Made by a program: the position numbers and the translations under genes. Below, piece by piece: positions 54,755 through 64,000 of a stretch of 64,000 nucleotides of DNA. The notes beneath the pieces are model-generated. The model did not search any database and was not told the origin of the DNA. It saw nothing but the letters and a program-made list of their open reading frames with translations. Every line of letters begins with the position of its first letter. The stretch's first letter is position 1. This DNA is from Microbotryum violaceum (lineage: Eukaryota): NCBI GenBank assembly GCA_001244265.2, contig CDLV01000005.1, forward strand, positions 2,728,001-2,792,000. Direction: 5' to 3'.

Positions 54755-56766
54755 TCAGGATGGCGATCTCAAACCCGAGACGATCCTGGACGCCGCTCAG
54801 GACGATAGCGATGATGATCAGGACCAAGTGTACAAGCCCGTACTACATGGTTCGTCAGAAAGCTCGCCTTTCCGCACCACCAGCCACTGAGCAACCCATG
54901 TTCCTCACCCAGTCGAAGTCCGTCTCAAACCGACCGGCTCCGTTCGGACCGACACCCTGCGCACCATCGTACGACAATATCTACTGGCCGACGAATCATC
55001 GACGATCACGGTAGAACAGAACTGCGAGCTCGATTCGGCTTGGACGAGGATCGCCGTCCTGGATATGTACGTCGAGAGGATATGGATCGCCGAATCGGGT
55101 CAGTCCCTTCTGCCGACCGATTCTTCACGTGGTGATGCTGATCGCAAGTTTTCACAAGCCAGACTACCCGCATATGACCGTCCCCCTCTCCCAAGTCGAA
55201 CTCGAAATCCACCTCTACCAACCCGCCCTTTCTTCCCGCACCTCGGACTGTTTCATCTCCACCGCAGACGACGACTACGAGAACCAAGCCAACGAGGACG
55301 ATGGACCCGCCGCTTCCGTGCTTGAACTACCTTCCCTTTCTTTGGAAGGGATCTGGGATAACCTGATCTACGAGGAACCGGTCAAAGAGAATTTGTTGAA
55401 TTATATTCATTCGTCGATGCAGTTTTCGGACCACGACGTCGATTTCAATATCGTTTCGTGGAACAGGTGCGGGTCATCATTGCCTGAGCGTTCGTGCAGC
55501 AGCTGACGATCAGGTTTCGGTCCTCAGGGTATGCCTTTTGCATGGTCCTCCAGGATCAGGTAAAACGTCCCTCTGTCGTGCCCTAGCGCAAAAACTCGCC
55601 ATTCGTCTCTCCACAACGTGAGTGAGGCCCATCGGGACTACCAACCATCATCAAAACAACCGGATCACTCACTCGGTTTTGAACCCACAGCTATCGCTTC
55701 GGCCGACTGATCGAGATCAACTCACATTCCCTCTTTTCGAAATGGTTCTCCGAATCGGGCAAATTGGTCCAAAAGCTCTTCGCGAGCGTGACGGAGATGG
55801 TCGAGGATGAGGAAGGTTTTGCGGTGGTGCTGATTGGTAGGTGGTCCAAATCGGTTTGCACGCTCAGAGGAGAACGGAACGTACTACTGAGCTCATGTGA
55901 GCCCTACAGATGAAGTGGAGAGTCTTACCGCTGCTCGAGCGGGGGCCATGTCGGGCAAAGAGCCCTCTGACGCTTTACGGGTAAGCTGGCCGAAATCCTA
56001 CTGAAGCGCCGAGGCTTCGGTATCCCTCGCTAAAGAGTCGCTCGTCTTCTTACAGGTCGTCAATGCGTTATTGACCCAATTGGACAAGCTCAAGACGCGC
56101 AAGAATTGCCTCGTCATTACGACGTCCAACTTGTCCGAAGCGATTGGTGAGCTACACCGTCGACATTTACTTTATTTTAAGACGGCCATTCAAAGTACTC
56201 GGACTGAGTTTGCTCATCGACGAAACAGATCCGGCCTTTATCGACCGAGCGGATATCAAGCAATACGTTGGATTGTACGTCAATTTGAACCTCCACTCCA
56301 ATGTGCCCCTACTAACCTACCCCCCCCCCCCCCCCCCCCCTTATTCACCTCGCCCAGACCGCCACCCCCCGCAATCTATTGGATCCTGCGCAGCTCGCTC
56401 CTCGAACTCATGTCCAAACGAATGATACGCCCCCAATCACTACTCACCTACGACCAACTTTCCAAAACACGACTCCCCTCCACCCCTGAAGGAACACGCT
56501 CGACTCCAAGTCATCGCTTATTCGACCTTGCAACTGACTGTCGAGGGATGAGTGGGAGGACGTTGAGGAAGTTGCCCATTTTGGCCCATTCGAAATTTTT
56601 GACTAAGCAGGTTTTGAAGGGCAGGGCTGGCTCGAACGATAGGGGTTTGAAGTTGGAGAGATGGTTGGAGGCGCTGGAAAGGGTCGTGAGGGAGGAGAAG
56701 CGACAAAGGGGGTTAATTGAGGGTGCGGGCAGGAAAGAGGGATTTTTAGAGGGGGAACGAATGTGA
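54246..56766 (+). CDS. PCH2: pachytene checkpoint AAA+ ATPase Pch2/TRIP13
   Basis: [83 protein letters not shown]. The N-terminal extension has (CAGGAG)n and (GAC)n repeats. Confidence 0.95.
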
Positions 56767-56868
56767 ATAAGGATTTGGTGTTGTTGTTGTAGTTGGGCTG
56801 AAGAATGGATCTGGTCGGACATGTAGTACTGCTACTCGACTTCGGGGGCGATCCGACTCGAATTGGGT

Positions 56869-58190
56869 TCAATTCGCGGTCTCGGTTGCCTCCTTCCGCT
56901 GCCGCACCTTCTCAACCAAGTCTTTTCGAAGCCCATAGACCGTTCTTGCGTCCTGTGAAGGCAATGAAGCATTTTAGCATCGGCACCACGACCGTGCCCG
57001 TACCAACATCGCACCCACCTCCAGGATCCCCAAATCGACTTTCACCACCACCAATTCCTCCTTCTCATCCTTCGTCCCTCCAATCTTGCCCTTGAAAGGA
57101 ACCGTCACTCCACTTCTTCCAATCCAACCTTGGGATGCTTCACCACCTGCATTCACGAACACGATCACGCATTCGTTCTCGAACGCGCGAGAGATGATGG
57201 TCGCGTCGAGGAATTTTTCCTCGCAGTGCGGGTCGTGCAGAAGGCCAATGTCATCGCCGTCGGTGCCCTGTTGTTGGCAAAGGTGTCGCCAATTAGTGTG
57301 AGTGTGTTCACGAATGATGGGATATGACACTTACCAGCCAGCATGTAGGGATGATGATGATATCGACGCCTTGAAGGAGGAGCGCTTGGAAAGCCTCAGG
57401 CCAAGCGAGATCCCAGCCTGAGCAGAAGTGGTCTCTCAAAAAGTGGTCAGAGGCAAAAGAACATTCCAGGACCTTGTGCGCATCACTTTGTCCAAGATGG
57501 AACGCGCACTTACAAATCAGCATCCCGACCTTACCCCATTCGGTCCCAAACACCTGATGCTCCTCCTCCCCCCTCGTCAAATACGTCTTCTCGGGATGCC
57601 ACAAATTTCTCTTCACATATCTACCCTTAATCGTTCCTTCCCTAGAGATATAATGAGCGACGTTGTGCAACTGATCAGAATCCGAACCTCGTTCGACGAT
57701 GGTTCCGGGTACGATGTCGATTCTCAATTCGACGGCGAGGAGTCGGAACGTTTCTAGCCAGTGCGTTACTTGTTCGGCCTTCGTGGATGAGGACAAGGTC
57801 ACAGTCGTGTGTTCGTGGTGGGGCACTTGGGAAAGGTGGTGGTGTTGCGGATCGGCAATGATACCCTATCCAGTATGGTATTGGTCCAAAGGCATGGCGG
57901 GTAAGGGGGTGCCCCACATGAGTTAAAAAAGGTGTCGCACATTGAAGTCGGCCGGAGCGGTTACGATAGCACCGAGAGCAATAAATGAGTTCCCGTTAGA
58001 CGGACGAACAAACGATCCTCTTCTCACTCACGGATAAGAAGTACTCGGGAAAGACGATCAATTGAGCCCCCTGTTGAGCCGCCTGACGCACAAAGTCGTG
58101 TGCTCGAGCCAAGTTTAACTCACCGTTGTTGGGCGTCGTAGGAGGGATCGACGCGAATTGGCAGATGGCCACGTTGAGCGATTTGCCCAT
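56869..58190 (-). CDS. carbon-nitrogen hydrolase (nitrilase/amidase superfamily)
   Basis: Catalytic-triad motifs LIVFPEY, YVKRNLWHPE and LIC|WDLAWPE; SRAFENE. Last exon DARTVYGLR...TAN*. Confidence 0.88.
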
Positions 58191-58725
58191 GTCGTTTAGG
58201 ATGTCTTTGGGTAGAGTGGGTTTGAATAGTACCCGTGAGAGCCGAGTTGGAGGCCGATAGATCGAGGGTCCGGGGAAGGAGAGGGAGAGAGGGAGAGAGC
58301 CAGCTAGCTGTCGGAGGCCGAGGGATTGGTCGCTCGGTCGCAGTCTGTCGCAGTTCGGTCGCTCGACGCTCGGTCCTGTTGAAACTGATGATGATCCCGA
58401 AATGATCAAAAAAAGATGAGAACGGCTGGACCAGGAGTCGAAGCTGGGTCGCTTCCATTATTTGGAAAAGCTTTGACCTACTAAGCTATCCGGCCCCTGA
58501 TATCAGTGCAAGGCCTTCAACAGGTCCCACGGTCGGTGCTGACGGGAGCGCGTCGTGATCGATTCCCTGTTGTTCCTGTCAATTATGGCATTATTTCCTT
58601 GATATTAGACTATTCCAAAAGCGACCAGTAGAGTGGCACGTGGACATTTCAGAGTACTATGAAGCACGCGCCTTGTTTTCGGTCGCGGTTACGGAGAAGC
58701 CTATCACGCCCATGGAACGTCTGAA

Positions 58726-60156
58726 TCATGCCTGCCCCTTCAGATACTTCGGATTTCTAGCCATCGGCACAGCCCCAAAACGCCAACAATTCCCTTGTTC
58801 GTCCAATCGCGCTCCTTCCCCTTCGCCAGCTGCACCCACGGCAGTATATATCGCTGCGAGTGATCGGGGCACGGCGCGCGAAGGTTTCTTTCCTGACGAG
58901 GCGTGAATCAGTGAGAGGAGGGAAGTGAATCGTGGATGGTGGGTGTGGTGAGAGAGCGCGTCGTCGAGAAGAGGGAGGTTCTGACAGGTACGAATGAAGC
59001 GTCAGCTTGAATAAACGACACGAGTGCCCGCTCATCGAGGTGAAAAGCACTGACCTTGCCGGCGCCAAGTTTTCCAAGCGCCAAAACGACAACGTCCTGT
59101 TCTTCTTGCCTCGTCTTCAACAGCGCATGCCCAATATCAAAATACTTCTCGCTATCCCATGTCCCCTGATTCAGAACAGGAACGCTGGTTTGAACGACCT
59201 TGACGTTCAACAAGGGGCCGAACATTGTTTCGAGCACGGGGGCGACACTGTCGTGCAGATTCTGTCGACTCGAAACGGCTGGGACGGCGGGGGAGGCGTA
59301 CGCTAGGCTCGTAATCAACGACTGCGCCAGTGAAGGGTTTCCAGATATCTGAGCTTCGACTCCCGAGGATGAGACGTACGTCAACGACTCGAGCGTCGAG
59401 ACCTGCAGGAAAGGCTGGGTTGTTCTACGCGAGTTGAGGGAAGCGAAATGCTTTGCAGATTCAGTGTTCCGAGCCATTGCAAAAGTCGGCTTAAATTTTC
59501 TCAAAGGTTGAACTCACTCGACAGGTACAAGGAGTAGGATGGTGTTCGGTTTGACTTGATGGATGATCTCGTCTCCGATCTTGCCCAGCGTCTGGCTGAG
59601 CGGGGACCGACGATCAAGGCCTCGAATCGGAGGAGCTGTCGATAAGATCGCGTCGCGTGCGAAGCGCACAACAAAGCAAACCATCAATATTCGAAGCAAC
59701 AATGAACAAGCAACAATGAAGGAAGCACGATCGATCAACACTGATATGTGCATGCATGCTTGGACATCATCCAGACTTACCCTGCACAAAGTACGCCGGC
59801 AGCTCCGGATGAATGCGATTCTCCCCACCCGCCATCTCGATCCTCTTCTCCCACTCCCTCTGCAACCTCTTCTCCTCCTTCTTCTTCTGATTCTCACCGT
59901 CCTCACTCAACAACCTTCTCTGTCGTTCGGCCTCGGGCTCCTTGACGTCGAATGGGTCATGGTTCGCGGGATGGGGCAAGAGGTTTTGGAACGTTTGCGC
60001 TTGGTGCCATTTCGAGAGGTGTTGTTCGGGACCTTGGAAGGGGAGGAGGGAGGATACACCTGACGGGAGATAATAGGGTAGTCGAGGGTATAGGGCTGAG
60101 GCGAAGGCGAGGGCGAGGCCCAGCCCGAACAGCCGGACGTTCGACGTAGGAGCCAG
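58726..60156 (-). CDS. divergent LigB/DOPA-dioxygenase-fold protein with N-terminal hydrophobic segment; start codon uncertain (possibly CUG)
   Basis: Spliced frame: ELPAYFVQ|APP..., KPNTILLL, GNPSLAQSL, VKVVQTSVP, YFDIGHAL...VVVLALG, IYTAVGAAGE...WRFG. The layout resembles LigB but the His ligands are absent. Confidence 0.55.
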
Positions 60157-60502
60157 GTTGAACGATGGGTGAAGCTGATGTTCCCAAAGGGGACGGAACG
60201 GACCGAGTGACGCCGATTACTAGTTCGACGTTTTTTTCAATCGGTTGGAGTTTTAGCGCCGCTGAGCGACAGTGATGCGACACAGGCAGGAATGGACGTT
60301 GAATGTGGGGGCGGGTCAAGCATCGGAGTCCGCTCACTCGCGCGATTCGACTCGCGTGAGCGGACTCGGACTCTCGGCGTGAAATGAATAAGCTTCTAGC
60401 ACGCACCCTCCTAAAGATGAGGTCTCGTTAGGATGGTTCGAGTCAAATTAAAAAAGAATCAAAATGAATTATTTCACTGTACATCTCCAACTGAAAACAA
60501 TA

Positions 60503-63500
60503 CTACGGAACCACCTTGCCATCGGCCATGGCCTTCAGCTCATCAAAGTCGCCCGACTTGCGACATAGATCGGCAAAGACCGACGTCTCGTCGTTGATCA
60601 GGTTTGCTGGCGTGTCAAACTCGAGCACCTCGCCCGCTCCGAGGACCAGGATTTTGTCATAGTCGATGATGGTCTATGCAACAAGAAAGAAGAAGTTAGT
60701 TCAACGATTGCATACATCTCTCGGGCAAGGGGGTTTGGGCTCACCTTGAGCCTATGCGCGATACACAAGATGGTCGCATCCGACATCTGCTCCCGGATCG
60801 TCGTCTGGATATGTTCATCCGTCGCTTGGTCGAGTGAGGCCGTCGACTCGTCCAACAAGAGGATGTTGGACGTGCGCAGCTTCAGGATACCTCGGGCCAG
60901 AGCCAGCAGTTGCCGTTGGCCGGCGCTGAAGTTCTTGCCGCCTTCACTGACTTGCATGTCCAGTGACTTGACGATGTTGCGTTCGAGCCCTTCCACCGGT
61001 GTCACGGTCGCAGTCGCATCGTCAGATCCATCTGACTCCCCGGAGCCATCCTCCGTCGGACTCGCCGCTCGACTCGGGCCAGCGGGGGTTGCAGCGGGCG
61101 TCGGCTTCGGGGTCAACGGTGCGGCCATCTGCACGCGGCGCAACGCGTCCCACACGTCACTATCCTCGAACTGCTCAAATGGGTCGAGGTTGAACCGGAT
61201 CGTGCCCGCGAACAGCGCACTCTCCTGCGCGACGATCGTCAGGCGCGATCGAAGATCCGAGAGGTTGAGCTTGGCAATGTCGAGGCCGTCGACGACGATG
61301 CGGCCCGAGGTCGCCTCGATAAAGCGGAAGAAGCACAAGCCCAGTGTTGATTTGCCCGAGCCTACAGTGGAGGCGATAGATTGAGGATCAGTTCAAAGTG
61401 GATGATTGGGATCTCCAGTCAGCGTCAACACTCACCCGTCCGGCCACAGATACCGATCTTCTCCCGGGGCGCGACCGAAAAGCTGACGTTCTTGAGCACT
61501 GGAGGCAAATCAGACGAGTACGTCGCCGTGAGGTTCTCGACCGTGATCGTGCCATCGCGAGATGGCCAGACCGCAGGCGGAGACACGCCATCCAGCTTCT
61601 CTTGATCGACCTCGAGGTACTCCTGTACTCGTTCGATCGAGTTGGCGTTGATCTCGACCATCGACCACAGGCGCACTGCCCACAGGATCCGGTCCATGAA
61701 CGACATCGTGAACGACAAGATGAAGCCCGCCGCACCGGCATCAATGCTAGGCGTGAGCAAGATCAACACCGCAGCCGCGACGGTGATACCAATGCCGGCG
61801 ACGTCGACGCGGAACGAGAGCCACCTGTTGGCCTGCCACATCGCGAGGAAGGGACGGTTGTTGAGGTCGACGAGCTTGAAGATGTTGCGCATGAAGCGCG
61901 TGCCGTCGCCGAACGCGCGGATCGTGCTCACGCCGGTGAGCGACTCGCCAAAGATGGAAAAGATCGGCGACTTGGACACTGAATCGAATCGGTTCAGCTC
62001 ACGCGACGAGCAAATGTAGAGCCATCCCATAAACATGTAAATCTGGTGGCAAATCGAGATTCATTAGTGCGTGTCGTGCAGAGGGACTGTAGTGGATTGC
62101 TTACAATGGAAATAAAGAAGGCCGCGATCAGGAAGACCGGAAGAACAATCGAGATGGTGATGATGATCCCAAACACTCCGAGAATTTCGACGCAAAAGAA
62201 CATCAAGCAATTCGAGGTGTCCTGGTCGATGGTCTCGACGTCTTTACTGAGTCGGTTGAGAATGCGACCTTGCGGCGTCGAGTCGAAGAATCGGATAGGC
62301 GCACGCAGGATTCGAGTCACCAGCATCTCGTAGATGATACGCGACGCGATAATGCCGCGCCACAAGAAGAAGAAAACGCGCCCCCCATACAGAACGAGGT
62401 TGATGGCGACAAGAACGCAGTAGATCTTCATCCAATAGTCGGTCGAGTGCTGCTCTTGTGCGAGCAAGCTGATACTCATCCCAGACGACGATGTCGGTGT
62501 CCAAAGAAGGCTGTGCTTCACCGTCTGAATGAGGGATGCCCATCGATTGGCCGACATCGCAAGCGTCGACATGATGTGCGCCGAAGTCGAAACGTCGCGA
62601 TGGTGGTCGTAGCTCGACGACCACCAACGTAATGCCAGCGACACAGCAATTTCCGATAAGTGCGCAAGGACGAAGAGCGAGAGCGAAACGCACGCGATCC
62701 TGAAACCACCCATCGCGCGGAGGTACATAAGGTACACCTTTGCCGACACTGCGCCATCGCTCTTGGTCTCGTCCTTGATGAGTCGTAGCTTTTCCTGTCG
62801 CCTGCGGCGGTCCTCTTCCCGCTCAGCAAGCACTACCGCGTCGGTCTCGCCTTCGGCAATGGCTTCGATCAGAACCTGGGACTCGTTCTCGTTCGAGGTC
62901 TTGATGTGAGACGAGTCCGGATCGAGCTTGGCGATAAAGTCATCCCCGAGTGAGATCTCGGCCGGCGAACCTACCGAGATGACGGAACCAGCGTCCATCG
63001 ATACGACATACGAGGCCACGGGGAGGCATAAGTCGACGGCATGCGTGACGAGCACGATCGTGCGGTGGCGCATAAGCGGACCCTTGAAACACTTGTTAAC
63101 AAGATGCTGCGCCGTGTGCGAATCGACAGCGCTCAGCACATCGTCACCCAGAATGGTGCGAGCCGGCGAATAGACTGCGCGCGCGAGGGCACTGCGGAGG
63201 TGTGGAGTGAAAGACCTGTCAATCAATCGTGTTCATATTAAGGTCTTCGAAGTGGCAAGACCTACAGTCGAGCCTTTTGTCCACCACTCAGCACGGTGCC
63301 CTTCTCGCCCACCTCGGTGTCCTCGCCGAGCTCGAACTGCTTCAAATCCGGGTTGAGCGCACACGCTTCGAGCACGTCCTTGTATCGCCGCTCGTTCATC
63401 GGCGAGCCAAACAGGATGTTGTCGCGGATCGTCGCACTCATCAGCCACGGCGATTGCGCCGCATACGCCGTCGTATCGGTCAGGATCGCCGGATCCTCCC

Positions 63501-64000
63501 CCGTCGAGCGTCCGACGGGCGAAGGCAGGAACGCGCTACCCGACAGCTGGTTCGTCTCGCCGAGCAGCGACATGAGCAACGTGGTCTTGCCGCTCCCAAC
63601 GGGCCCCAAGATGATGGAGAACTTGCCAACGGGGAAGGAGAGGTTCAGGTCACGGATGCGGAACACGGACAGATCCTCCCTCGCCTCAGCCTCGTCGGCC
63701 CAGGTGAAGCTCGCCGAATCGGTGAAGCCTACGATGGGGTCCGAACCCGTGCGCGGCTCCTTGACAACCGCATACTTGGCCGTCTCTTGTTCGTTGAGGA
63801 AATCATCAATACGCTTGAGCGAAACATGAGCTTGGAGGACGGAGACCACCATGTCCGGAAAACCCTCGAGAGGGCCTCGCAGCACGTTGAACAACGACAA
63901 GGCGGTAAAGGCGTCCGAAGCAGTGAGCTCCCGTTTGAGAACTTTGGTTTGGCATACGAAAGTGGCGAGTGAGACAATGACGGGCGCTCCGTTGAAGATC
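60503..64000 (-). CDS. ABCC/MRP-type ABC transporter (5' part outside the window)
   Basis: NBD1 GPVGSGKT and LSGGQKAR; TMD2 FFDSTPQGRILNR; NBD2 GRTG|SGKST, FSAGQRQL, LLDESTAS, IAHRL. Stop TAG at 60503-60505. Confidence 0.95.

Overview
Intron-rich fungal genomic DNA with GT-AG introns and CTRAC/CTAAC branch points. The gene content suggests a basidiomycete, probably Pucciniomycotina/Microbotryomycetes; this is inference only. About 20 protein genes can be rebuilt by manual splicing: SNF2/STH1-type remodeler, 6-phosphogluconolactonase, SR-protein kinase, UTP18, a Cys-rich GPI-type surface protein, an FMN/FAD oxidoreductase, a DSF2/Nif1-like SEL1 protein, a queuosine-salvage-family protein, LSM2, YHM2, a peroxisomal 4CL-like ligase, GET2, CSN7, FPGS, ATP4, an OCA4-like pseudophosphatase, PCH2, a nitrilase-family hydrolase, a LigB/DODA-like protein and a partial ABCC transporter. 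Mobile DNA comprises a decayed intron-containing Helitron, two solo-LTR-like elements and a 2.56-kb patchwork of scrambled Ty3/gypsy fragments. The patchwork has no LTRs, is flanked by a 7-bp direct repeat, splits an uncharacterised host gene and fuses it in frame to integrase. Other highlights are a probable CUG-initiated, metal-ligand-free LigB-like protein, a PTS1 on 6PGL that depends on splicing of the last intron, a dual-start FPGS, microexons, a GC-AG intron, a duplicated unit in the PCH2 promoter and single-base frameshifts that may be assembly errors. Exon boundaries and family calls were made by eye without database searches.
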